Source: a virus. From it: DNA of 64,000 nt. Location of the stretch: the IMG/VR virus record IMGVR_UViG_3300002144_000477, positions 32,001-96,000 of that record, one strand, 5' to 3'. The notes beneath the pieces are model-generated. The model was given only the letters and a program-made list of their open reading frames with translations. It was not told where the DNA came from and ran no database searches. Position numbers and translations under genes: made by a program. Below, one piece after another: positions 25,447 to 35,700 of the stretch. Position 1 is the stretch's first letter. Each line of letters opens with the position of its first letter.

Positions 25447-26722
25447 GTTCTTTTAACCATCCGTTGTATTCTGGGATAAAATCTAAAATGCTTGTACCGT
25501 GAAAGCGATCCTGCTCGGCTAAGCGTTTTGCTGTTTCTGCTCTGCGTTCTAGTGCATTCTCAGGTTCTGCACGGTCTAAGTGCCTGGCTAAAGAAAGCGC
25601 CTCCTCGCGGAGAGATAACTCAATATTATTTGGGTTTTTAGTGTTATTAAAGCGGTTTTCAGTCACTGTAATGCCGTCTGCAAACTCCTGTAGCTTACGT
25701 ATTGCAACACGTTTATGTGCTTCGGGTAGTAGCTCTGCTAGCAACCAATTTGGTCTACTAGGGTAACTAGCATCAACAGGAATACGTCGTTTTAACGCTT
25801 CTTTTAATATAGTTGTGTACCTACCTACACTAAGCAACGTGGGCACAGTTCTAAACGTTAATGTGGCAAATGCAAGTTCTTTTTGCATAGTATCAACATT
25901 CTTAAGGATGTCTTCGATCTTACTCCCGGCACGAATATAGTTATTACTACTGTCGGCAGTTTCGATACTAATGCCAATTTCTACACGTTTAAACTGTTTA
26001 AATTGTGCTTTAAATTCCGTGTAATCATGTGTGCCATTAGTAGTAAAACTCAAGTTCAACCAATTCATTTTGTGTTCGCTAAACAAATTAATTAAGTCAG
26101 CAAACTCGTCGATTAAATGTGGTTCCCCGCCGATTAGATGTACAACACGAATGTGCTGGTAGTTATTATCAAACCAATCGCGGAAATTTTGATAGGCTAC
26201 TGCATCACGTACCCAAGGTGTTTGTTTCCAATCACTAGCAATCCAGCCTGCATGTTTTTGGAAACTAGCAATACGGCTGCTTGCATCAGGACTGCACATA
26301 CGGCAAGCCAAATTACAAGTATTACCAATGTTTAAATGCAAACTGCGAATTTTGCTTTCTGTAACTTCAGTAAACAGTTCGCGATGTGGACTCTGCTCAA
26401 AACTTCGATCAAACGCATCTTTAGTAAAGATAACACTTTTTAAGTTTTCTTTTTGCCTAGCACTGGTATATCCAGCGGCATCTTTCATTTGACACATCTT
26501 GCACATTGGGTCAACTGTGTCGCCTAATTTAATTCGACGCTTTTCTTGCATGCGAGTACTGTTCCAATACTCGTCAATGGTCATGTTTTTAATGTTCCAT
26601 TTGGCACCGTCGGGTGTGCCCATTATTTTGTCATTCTGACAGCCGCAGAGATCAAAGCTACCATCATTGTTAATGTTAAGCTCGAACCAGGGTATGTTAC
26701 AAAAAATATCTTTATTAGGCAT
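25430..26722 (-). CDS. Radical SAM protein with N-terminal SPASM/twitch-like domain, 430 aa
   Basis: CNLACRMC (CX3CX2C), GGEP and TTNGT; N-terminal FCNIPW...DG...C.C...CKMC. Confidence 0.9.
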   Translation of the reverse strand: MPNKDIFCNIPWFELNINNDGSFDLCGCQNDKIMGTPDGAKWNIKNMTIDEYWNSTRMQEKRRIKLGDTVDPMCKMCQMKDAAGYTSARQKENLKSVIFTKDAFDRSFEQSPHRELFTEVTESKIRSLHLNIGNTCNLACRMCSPDASSRIASFQKHAGWIASDWKQTPWVRDAVAYQNFRDWFDNNYQHIRVVHLIGGEPHLIDEFADLINLFSEHKMNWLNLSFTTNGTHDYTEFKAQFKQFKRVEIGISIETADSSNNYIRAGSKIEDILKNVDTMQKELAFATLTFRTVPTLLSVGRYTTILKEALKRRIPVDASYPSRPNWLLAELLPEAHKRVAIRKLQEFADGITVTENRFNNTKNPNNIELSLREEALSLARHLDRAEPENALERRAETAKRLAEQDRFHGTSILDFIPEYNGWLKEHGYSN

Positions 26723-27758
26723 TATAGCACTTCAGTTTACAAATTTCTAAGGGCATAAGTGCCCAGGTAGTTTCTAGCTCTTCCCAAATTGGGTCAGCTA
26801 TGATATCGTTAATATTACGAGTACGAACATTTAGTTTATTGCGATGTTTGATAACAAAGCTATTGGGAATGTATCCGCTGTCAAACCACGCACAAGGGTA
26901 AAACAACCCCTCAACACTAATAAATGGGACTTGCACTCTGGTTTTACCTATACATTTTTGCCAACCCGTTGTACTGCGATCTTGTGGCTTAGCACGATGT
27001 ACAGCGTTAACTCGTACTTCGTGCATAGTGTTAACATTCTGCTGTCTCTTAGTAGTTAGCAACATTTTCTTCTTGCGGTAAATTTTTAAATTAATTGCAT
27101 CGTTAATCGTATCGGGTTCAAGGTAGTCGATTCCGTTTTCGTCTAAGTAGCGTTGGTCTATGCTACCAAACTTAGTGCTAGTGACAATTGTAAATTCGTC
27201 ACACCCGGTTAATCGAGCAACTTCTTCGATTCTGTGTTTATTGCTTTCGTTAAACTTAAACTCGATCATGCTCCAGCTAATAAGTGCTCGTGTGTCGGTA
27301 GTCTTACTGGCGACTAGCACACGGATACCATCCAATATGCTATCGTAGTCGCAGTTAACTCGATACATGCTGTTAGTTTGCTGGTTCCACCCGTCGACAC
27401 TAAAGGTAACTCGGTCGTACTCGTTTAGTACATTGCCTAGTCTGGCCCACCAATCTGGCTTCTTATAACTCCCATTGGTAACGATAGTTAACCCAAGTGC
27501 TGGATTAGATTGTTTAATATATTCTACAATTTCTAAAAAGTCAATTGCATATATCGGATCACCTTTATCCCCGCAGAATACAATGCGTTCAACTTGTGCT
27601 AGTACATCCGGCGGAAAGCTAGATTGGAATTGGCTAACAGAGTAGTCTAAATTTAAACTAGGATGCAAATCGTTTTTTAGTTCAGTGCGAGGGCACCTAG
27701 GGCATTTTAGTACACACCTACTACTTAATTCAATGTGTAACTCGCTAATGTTAAACAA
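26715..27758 (-). CDS. Radical SAM protein with C-terminal SPASM/twitch-like domain, about 347 aa
   Basis: CVLKCPRC, G.KGDP, TNGS, FSVDG; C-terminal C...G.FYPC...C..KC. Likely TTG start at 27758 coupled to the gp46 stop (ORF track starts at 27791). Confidence 0.88.
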   Translation of the reverse strand: MFNISELHIELSSRCVLKCPRCPRTELKNDLHPSLNLDYSVSQFQSSFPPDVLAQVERIVFCGDKGDPIYAIDFLEIVEYIKQSNPALGLTIVTNGSYKKPDWWARLGNVLNEYDRVTFSVDGWNQQTNSMYRVNCDYDSILDGIRVLVASKTTDTRALISWSMIEFKFNESNKHRIEEVARLTGCDEFTIVTSTKFGSIDQRYLDENGIDYLEPDTINDAINLKIYRKKKMLLTTKRQQNVNTMHEVRVNAVHRAKPQDRSTTGWQKCIGKTRVQVPFISVEGLFYPCAWFDSGYIPNSFVIKHRNKLNVRTRNINDIIADPIWEELETTWALMPLEICKLKCYNA

Positions 27759-29520
27759 TGTCGATGTCGGTGTTGTAACTAGTGAATCCATTTTCTTTTA
27801 CCACATGCAATGTATTGTTAACGCGACCGGCTAGTTCGTCTTTATGGGATACTAACCAAATACTCTTATTATTGTCACGTGACATTTTTTTAAGAATGCC
27901 CAATGCATTTTCGACGCCACTAGAGTCCATACCGGAATCAACTAGCTCATCAATGAACAGTAGGTTAATTGGGTTGTATAAACTTTCCCATACGTCGCGG
28001 AATGCCCAGCTCAATGAGAGAATCAAGCGATTTCGTTCGCCGCGACTTAAGTTATCAAAATCTAAGTCTCTGCCGAGTTCTGTAATTTCAACACTTAAGT
28101 CGTTTAAGAATCGTACAGTGTGCGGCAAGCCAATTTTGTCTAGGTATAAACTTAGTCGAGCATTTAGAAAACTCAAATTTTGATCAATAATACGCTTACG
28201 AATAAACGAATCCTTATTAGTTAGCAACTTAAGTAGAAACTCTTGATGATCGCGTAAGCTAACTAGCTCATTTAGTGCATCATACAAAATTTGCTCAACT
28301 CCAGCAGTCTCCATTTCGCTAATTTGCTCGCCGTATGGATCATTTTCGGCTTTCTTAGATTCTAATCGTTGTTGCAAGTTTTGCAGGTTGCTACGATGCT
28401 CTACTGCATCTTCTTTTTTCTCGTAAAATGTAGTTGGTGCAATGCCAATGTCACCAACTTTGAGGATAGTTTCTTCGTGCTCGAATCGTTGAGTTTGATT
28501 TGATAACAGTTGCAATGCAGTTTCCTGCAATATTGATTGTTTGCTTTTTAAAATCTCTTCTTGTTTGGTGTCGTGAATATCTTGACCACAAGCATGACAT
28601 TTATGTTCTTCCAGCAAGGCAATTTCCGCCTTGATCTTTTCGGTGAGGCGTGTTTGTTTTTCGTCGTCTTTATCAATTCGCCCAATCCAGTCAGCCGCAG
28701 TAGTGCAAATACTAACTTTACTTCTGTAATCGATTAATTGATCGTGTAGTTCTAATTCTGCGTTGATGTCGATAGTCTGCAATTCAGCAATAGCAGTTTC
28801 GAGTTTATTAGTTGCCTCGTCGTGCTGTACATACCACATACGTTGCCTTTTACGCAAACTCTCAATTTGCTGTTCAACTCGGGTATTTGCATCTTGTACA
28901 GCCTTAATGCGATATTCCTCTTCAGTGATCGCTTCTTTAGTAGCACGTTGCAGTTCTTTAAGTGCATCCGCTTTTTCGCTAAGGATAGTGATGCCCAGTA
29001 GCTGTTCGATTATTAATCGCTGGTCATTAGATTTTAAACTTAAGAATGGTTCAGTATAAGTGTTTAGTGCAACTACATGCTTAAACATTTCATGACTCAT
29101 CTTAAGCAAACGCTCAACATCGGCCTGGGTTTCTCGACTGTCGCCTTGGCTTTCGTCCAACATCTCCTGCTCTTGGTCATTTACATAAAATTTAAAAACA
29201 TTAGGTTTACGTCCGCGTTCGATTCGGTAGGTGTCACCATTGACATCAAAGTCAAGAGTAACCATCATTGCCTTACTATTTGTTTTATTAATAAGATTAT
29301 CTTTTTTAATCTTAGTAAGTGCCTCTCCGTACAATGCGTAGCTTAATGCATTAAGAATAGTTGTTTTACCTGTGCCGTTGCGGGCACCGCTATCATCGCC
29401 GCCTAGGTCTAAGTTTTCGCCTAATACTAGAGTTAGGTCTTTGCGGTCAAAGTTTACAGCCTGGGTGCTATTACCCACACTCATAAAGTTTTTTACAGTG
29501 AGATCTTTAATTTTAAACAT
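27751..29520 (-). CDS. gp46: Recombination endonuclease ATPase subunit (gp46, SbcC/Rad50-like), 589 aa
   Basis: KNFMSVGN, Walker A NGTGKTT, zinc hook CHACGQ, signature LSRGE, Walker B LFIDE, VSHK. Confidence 0.96.
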   Translation of the reverse strand: MFKIKDLTVKNFMSVGNSTQAVNFDRKDLTLVLGENLDLGGDDSGARNGTGKTTILNALSYALYGEALTKIKKDNLINKTNSKAMMVTLDFDVNGDTYRIERGRKPNVFKFYVNDQEQEMLDESQGDSRETQADVERLLKMSHEMFKHVVALNTYTEPFLSLKSNDQRLIIEQLLGITILSEKADALKELQRATKEAITEEEYRIKAVQDANTRVEQQIESLRKRQRMWYVQHDEATNKLETAIAELQTIDINAELELHDQLIDYRSKVSICTTAADWIGRIDKDDEKQTRLTEKIKAEIALLEEHKCHACGQDIHDTKQEEILKSKQSILQETALQLLSNQTQRFEHEETILKVGDIGIAPTTFYEKKEDAVEHRSNLQNLQQRLESKKAENDPYGEQISEMETAGVEQILYDALNELVSLRDHQEFLLKLLTNKDSFIRKRIIDQNLSFLNARLSLYLDKIGLPHTVRFLNDLSVEITELGRDLDFDNLSRGERNRLILSLSWAFRDVWESLYNPINLLFIDELVDSGMDSSGVENALGILKKMSRDNNKSIWLVSHKDELAGRVNNTLHVVKENGFTSYNTDIDIV

Positions 29521-29539
29521 TGTATTAGTATAACACCTT

Positions 29540-30562
29540 TTATAGGTTTCTGTATATTTCTAACAGTAAATTTCGGTTATATTGCTCGCTACTAATCGAA
29601 TTAAGTTGACCAGTTACAATTTGGTCTACACTTTCGAATTTAATCTGGCCTTGGAAGTTATGCTCATTAAGCTCAACATTCTTGTTTGGGATAAGAGTTA
29701 GTTCTCGCAAGTTGTACTGCGGGATAAACTGTTCTTTAATAAACGTTGCTTCTTCGTAGCTAATGTCAATGTCTAAGTTAACACGGCAATGCATCTGTGG
29801 TTTAAGCAAATGCTCAGTGTTTTTAAGAACTTCGCTCAGATTGTAAACACGATATCTAGGCTGATCCGGCCAAGTGTGGAACTCTGGAGTTTCACCCCAC
29901 TTAAGTATCATCATACCGCGTTCGTCGTCGCCTGCATCTGCATAGTTGTGCGGAAAACAGTTACCGATATAATGCACATTGCCTTTATGTTGTCGCTTGT
30001 GAAAATGCCCTGTAAACACACTGTCAAACCCTACCAAGTCACGGTCCGGTTTAATTTCGCCTAAATCGGGCATTTGTACCATGGCATTCATGAAATAGCC
30101 AGGCAGCTCAAAGTGACCAAAGCAATATGTGCCGCCTAGCTTAGCCAGTCGTTTATGATCGTCGCCAACAAGCCAAGGAGCGATGACAACATCACCGTCG
30201 CAAAACCAATCGTTGCATATTTGTACGTTCGGTAAATGTTTCGCCCACTCTACAGACTGTATATCACGCTTATCGCGATAATATAAATCATGGTTACCTG
30301 GGATAAAATAAACACGGTCAAAGTTTGCATTTAGATGCTCCAGTGCTTTGAGACTATAACTTAATGTTACGATATTAATACTAGCACGATTATTGTGCCA
30401 GTCGCCTAAGAATAGTGCAGTGTCGCAGCCTTCTTCTTTTGCTTTAGCAGTTGCCCACTTAACAAAGTTAAGACAATCTTCGTTATGGAGCTGACTGTTT
30501 GACTTCAATCCGAAATGGATATCAGTAAAGACGGCGGCTTTATTAAACAGGCGGTTACTCAT
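29540..30562 (-). CDS. gp47: Recombination endonuclease nuclease subunit (gp47, SbcD/Mre11-like), 340 aa
   Basis: DIHFG, LGD, GNHD, GHFE, GHFH metallophosphoesterase motifs. Confidence 0.95.
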   Translation of the reverse strand: MSNRLFNKAAVFTDIHFGLKSNSQLHNEDCLNFVKWATAKAKEEGCDTALFLGDWHNNRASINIVTLSYSLKALEHLNANFDRVYFIPGNHDLYYRDKRDIQSVEWAKHLPNVQICNDWFCDGDVVIAPWLVGDDHKRLAKLGGTYCFGHFELPGYFMNAMVQMPDLGEIKPDRDLVGFDSVFTGHFHKRQHKGNVHYIGNCFPHNYADAGDDERGMMILKWGETPEFHTWPDQPRYRVYNLSEVLKNTEHLLKPQMHCRVNLDIDISYEEATFIKEQFIPQYNLRELTLIPNKNVELNEHNFQGQIKFESVDQIVTGQLNSISSEQYNRNLLLEIYRNL

Positions 30563-30568
30563 ACTACG

Positions 30569-31468
30569 TTACTCTGATGCTGGGTTGTTGTAATCTGGGT
30601 TGAACTCACGCGACATTTCGTTTGCAGCCTGTCGCGTATAACTAGGACTCAGACCATTGGCCTCTAAGATATCATCACGCAAACTTTGACTTTTCTTTTC
30701 TGTTAGTAGTACGCGAGTAAACGAATTTGTTACTGCCGCGGTATAATAAGCAAACGGGTTTTGCGATTTACTTTCGTCGAATTGCAATCCAATTTGGCTA
30801 AGTTGCAGTAGCGCAGTGCTACGCATTTCGTCGTTGTAAGTGTAACCACGCCAGTTACTTCTAGTTGCATATCGCTCAACTAGCTTCATATACATTCGTG
30901 CAAGGGTGTTTGTGACCTGTCCGTGCTCTTGGCAAAACTCTCCGGTATCAAGCTCGCCTTTCCAATGGCTTTTGCCAACAATAACTAGTTCGGAGTTTTC
31001 GTTAAACACATAGTGGTAAAACGGTGGAAATTTCAACCGCACATACTTTGTTTTTGCGTCAGGATCAACCTCGTCTTCGACGGTCAATGAATCTTCATCG
31101 TCGATAGTAAACTGAACACCTACTTCTTTGTTAGACTTTGGTTTCTTTTTAACTGTCTCTTGTGGGATATGTTCCCGCTCTGTGATTCGGAATACTACAT
31201 CTTTAGCGTCAATATCTTCCAATGGAATGTCGAACTCGCTAAGTTTGCGTTTTTCACCATCTTTAGTTGCTTCCTCATGTGCTAATTTTGCAAGGCGATC
31301 AGCACGATTCTGTCGTGCTTCAAGTATAGTAGTTTCGTTGACATCATCAAGCGATGCTAAGATAATGTCGTAATCTTTGTACTTTTGGTCGGTGTACTTG
31401 CAGTACGTATTTTTACTTTTATGGATTTCCTTTAGGATATCCTTGTTATTTAGATAGTTATGACGCAT
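30569..31468 (-). CDS. gp55: Late-transcription sigma factor (gp55 family), 299 aa
   Basis: YLNNKD, NWRGYTYNDEM, FDESKSQNPFAYYT motifs; gp55-47-46 synteny. Confidence 0.9.
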   Translation of the reverse strand: MRHNYLNNKDILKEIHKSKNTYCKYTDQKYKDYDIILASLDDVNETTILEARQNRADRLAKLAHEEATKDGEKRKLSEFDIPLEDIDAKDVVFRITEREHIPQETVKKKPKSNKEVGVQFTIDDEDSLTVEDEVDPDAKTKYVRLKFPPFYHYVFNENSELVIVGKSHWKGELDTGEFCQEHGQVTNTLARMYMKLVERYATRSNWRGYTYNDEMRSTALLQLSQIGLQFDESKSQNPFAYYTAAVTNSFTRVLLTEKKSQSLRDDILEANGLSPSYTRQAANEMSREFNPDYNNPASE

Positions 31469-31502
31469 ATTAGAAGTATCCTTTTAGATTATAATACCAG
31501 TT

Positions 31503-31531
31503 ATTTTACACGATAAATACTACAATTGCAA
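31503..31531 (-). promoter_or_regulatory. Sigma70-type promoter TTGCAA-N17-TAAAAT for the gp55-47-46 operon
   Basis: -35 at 31526-31531, -10 at 31503-31508, 17-bp spacer. Confidence 0.7.
31513..31519 (+). promoter_or_regulatory. Late promoter GATAAATA for the baseplate operon
   Basis: Upstream of 31549, inside the spacer of the opposite-strand sigma70 promoter. Confidence 0.75.
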
Positions 31532-31548
31532 GAAGGAAGATAACCAAA

Positions 31549-32445
31549 ATGCCTACAATTTTTAAAAATGGTATCATTAAAAACGCAGACGGATCGAATG
31601 CCGGACAATGGGTATCCGATGAGGAATATGCGGCTATGACTGCCCCTAAGGTAAATCAAGGCCCACCGCCAAACATGGATCAAATTGCTAATATTATGCA
31701 ACCGTTTGCACCTGGGCTAGCAAAACTAATGAGAGCGCAGTCTGGCGTAGCTGGTGCCTCCGGTGGAGCAAATGCTGAACCACCTGCAACCCAAACGCTA
31801 GGGTTTAATGCTGGGTCAGACCCAGCTGCGAATGATTGGCGTGTCCGAATTTCGTTATCTCCTCAGGCAACATATTTGTACAACGATCCTGCCAATGCTG
31901 GTATTATGGCACCGTTGTTTAACAATCCCGAAGGACACCGCGGGGTTATTTTCCCAAACAACCCGGCAATTAGTCTTACGCATACTGCAAGATACAATAA
32001 TACTAAGCTAACACATAGTAATTATGACGCAGTGTTTTATGAAGGATCAGAAGTTAGTTCGATCTCAATCGACGGCGAGTTCACTGTGCAGACACAGAAT
32101 GAAGCGAAGTACTTACTTGCGGCTGTGTACTTTTTCCGCTCTGCTACTAAAATGTGGTTCGGCAAGAGTGCAAGAGCAGGCATGCCGCCACCGATTGTAT
32201 TTTTAGACGGATACGGCGATCATTACTTCCCGCATGTTCCATGTGTAATTACATCGTTCCAGCATGCTATGCCTAACGATGTTGACTATATTGCAACAAC
32301 CGCTGACTCAGTTAGTACTAGAATACCAACGTTAAGCACTATTCAACTGTCGCTACAACCGATATATAGTCGCCGTAAAATTTATAACGATTTTAATCTT
32401 GACGATTTTGCAGCCGGGCGATTGATAACGAAAGGATTCATTTAA
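31549..32445 (+). CDS. Baseplate-tail tube junction protein (gp48/gp54-like), 298 aa
   Basis: GVIFP..P, PPPIVFLDGYG...PCVITSF tube-fold motifs; precedes gp53. Confidence 0.65.
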   Translation: MPTIFKNGIIKNADGSNAGQWVSDEEYAAMTAPKVNQGPPPNMDQIANIMQPFAPGLAKLMRAQSGVAGASGGANAEPPATQTLGFNAGSDPAANDWRVRISLSPQATYLYNDPANAGIMAPLFNNPEGHRGVIFPNNPAISLTHTARYNNTKLTHSNYDAVFYEGSEVSSISIDGEFTVQTQNEAKYLLAAVYFFRSATKMWFGKSARAGMPPPIVFLDGYGDHYFPHVPCVITSFQHAMPNDVDYIATTADSVSTRIPTLSTIQLSLQPIYSRRKIYNDFNLDDFAAGRLITKGFI

Positions 32446-32753
32446 TGGCTACTAAACACGAGTATCATCCAACTAGTCCATACTACACTACGGAAACGTT
32501 TGGTGACTTCTTAGACTTACTAAATTTTAGACCAATTACTAAACGACCCGACGATATTGACTATGTAATTGAAAAAGCCTATGCTTATAGACCGCAGGCT
32601 CTAGCGTTTGATTTGTATGGCGACACTAGGCTCTGGTGGGTGTTTGCAGCCAGGAACCCAAATAAACTCAAAGATCCATTATTTGATTTTGTGTCAGGGT
32701 TAACTATTAAGATCCCGTATAAGCAAACATTAATCGACGATTTAGGACTATAA
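32445..32753 (+). CDS. gp53: Baseplate wedge protein gp53-like (LysM-type), 102 aa
   Basis: RPQALAFDLYGDTRLWWVFA..N...DP...G..IKIP motif. Confidence 0.85.
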   Translation: MATKHEYHPTSPYYTTETFGDFLDLLNFRPITKRPDDIDYVIEKAYAYRPQALAFDLYGDTRLWWVFAARNPNKLKDPLFDFVSGLTIKIPYKQTLIDDLGL

Positions 32754-32756
32754 TAC

Positions 32757-35700
32757 ATGGCTGATAATGACCGCGACCTCTCGGACCAGGAATATAATCT
32801 ATTAAATGCAGAAGCAGACTTGCTTGCTCAACGTGCGGCATTAGATAAACGCGAGCAAGCATTACTAAGCGGGCGCGGCACAATCACTGATGCACAAGCC
32901 GAGCAGTTAGAGCTCGAGCGGAGTAAAATTAACAACCAGATAAAAAGTGTTGTTGCAGAAAGAACTGAAGTAGAGCAAAAACTAGATGCTGCTTATCCAG
33001 CAGTTAAACCTAACTCAGCCTGGTCCAACGCCAATGACGATGATGACGATGATGACGATGACGATGCTGATTTCTACGGCAACCGAGATAATGCATCTTC
33101 TGCAAATAACAACGCAAAAGTCCAGGCATTAACTAATAAAAAGATAAGCACACAAGAAACTTCAACGACAACAACGACCGGCGGCGGCGTAACTACTGTC
33201 GGTTACAACGAAGCCGAACTAGATGCGTATATCGATAAAAGATCGGCGGCGCAACAGGCAGACAGAGCTGAACAAAAGCGTGTTAACGACGCATATTTAC
33301 AATCTCAAGGTTTAGCTGACGCACCAGCAGGCGAAAGATTACGAGCAATATCTAAGGCAAAACGAGACGGTGCGATTCCAGAAGTATCAACTGCCACAGA
33401 CGAGTTTGAAGCAAACAACTCTAAGCCAGTTGCTGTAACTACTCGCGAAGAGGGAGAAGCAGTTGCTCAGGAAAAAGTTACAAACAACGAGACTGCTAAT
33501 AGCAACACTGCTGCTGGGTCGTTGCAGCCAACTAACTCAGAGTCTGGTACTGCTATAAAAACAGATGAAGATGAAGATGACAACCCAGGCGAAGAACTCG
33601 ACGATGAAGAACTTGCTGAACTAGAGGAAGGCATAGACCGTAACGAAAATTCTAATAGTGGTAATACCGGCGATCCGGTAGTTGAAACGGACAAGGCAGG
33701 AGTAGTAGTTGCGACTGAATCCGACACTGAGGGCAAAGGCGATCAAGCCGGGGATGAGATTACCGAAGCCGACAAAGCTATTGCAGCTGACGAAGTTCCG
33801 GTACCAGTAATAGATACTAAAGTAGTTTATCAATTCCCTAAGGCAACGTCAAGTCCTCAAGTAACGTTACCAAATGAAGTAACTGAGTTTACTAGTAGTG
33901 CAAATATATTGCACAATTATGCATCGTATACCTACCGTATAACATTGTATATGCTTAGTGTTCACGATTATAAAGTTATATCCGACACACCGCATTTATG
34001 GAAGCCAAGCAACGCAATTGTAAGTGGTGCTGGTAAGCACGACTTAGTTAGTGCGCACAGGCACCCAGAATTTAAAGATGATTTTTATTTTCAGGAACTA
34101 TCTATCCAGACTATGGTTGGATTAAATGCCAAGAGCAAAGCAAGTAATGCACTTGATTTAAACTTTTCCCTAATAGAGCCCTACGGTATTACATTCTTGG
34201 ACAGATTAGTTGCTGCCAGCAGATATTTTGGCAGTAAGAATTATCTAGATATGCCGTACCTGTTACAGATCGAGTTTTACGGCCAAACCGACTCGGGTGT
34301 AGCAGACTTTCAACCAATACCAAATACTACAAAGAGAATTCCTATTCGCTTACTTGGGATGGATATTGATGTTACTAGTCAAGGTGCAACATATAAAATA
34401 TCAGCAAGTCCTTACAACCATACCGCGTTTGACGAAAAGATAGCAGTTACTAGTGTTAACTTGCAAGTGACTGCTGGAGACGTTGGCGGATTTTTTAGAA
34501 GTAAAGACAGTTCCGAAATGGATAAAACGCTAGCAAATCGTGCTCGCGCAACTAACGCACTTAAAGCATTAGCTAAGATAAACCCAGAAGAAGCAAGAGA
34601 AGCAAAAGAAAAGTATGCTAAACAACTAAAGGCACCTATTAGAATCGAAACATATCCAGCAGGATTAAATTCCTGGTTTAATTACATGGTAACTGAAAAT
34701 GCAAGGGTGCATGCTGATAAGATACTGTTTAACATACATCCAGACATTGCTATATCAAAAATAGTACGGCCATCAAAAAATGCACATACTACAACTAAGA
34801 TGGCGCAAGCTGGTACAAAAGAAGGTGCGGCATTGTCACGCAATAACGGTGCTGGTCCAGACTTCAATGAAAAAGGCTTTATAATTAACGCCGGAACTAG
34901 TATCCTTAAAGTAATTGACATGGTTATTCGTAATAGCGAGTATATTAGTAATCAAATTAAAGATCCGGCAACTAGTGTTGATGCACAAAAAATGTCACCG
35001 GAGGAATTCGCTAAGGCATTAAACAAACCATTTAAATGGTACAAGGTAATACCTAGTGTGGAGCTAGGTGAGTTCGACGAAAAAGCAAATCGATACTCTA
35101 AGATAATAACGTATCATGTTCTGCCGCACGAAGTAGCAGATACTAAGCATCCGTATGGTCCTAGGAAAAAACCGACTCGGTTCCACAAAGCATACAGTTA
35201 CTTTTATACTGGCGCCAACCACGACATCATAGATTTCAAGATTGAATTCAACGCATTGTATTATAATGTTGTCAGTATAAATCGTGCAAACTCGCAAACA
35301 TCAACGGTTTCGCCTGGTAAAACTGAACAACGAAATAGCAAAATTGTAAATCCCAGTGGCGGCAAGAATGCAGTATTCGGACAACATTACGAGTTCACAG
35401 CTGGTGACCAATCAGGGCAAGGGTTAGATATGGATTCTAGCAGTACTACTAAGACTGTTAACGACATCCAGCACAATTTATATCAAAATAGCAAAGCAGA
35501 TATGCTGAGTTTAACTATGCAAATCATTGGTGATCCTGATTATATTAAACAAGACGACGTGTATATCAACCCAAGGCAGAAAGATTACGAAGATAAAACG
35601 TCCGGCGACAAAATAAACGGCGGTAGCTTAGTTTATGACAAAGGCGAAGTATATGCCTTGGTTAGATTTAAATCACCGACTGACATTGATGAAACGACAG

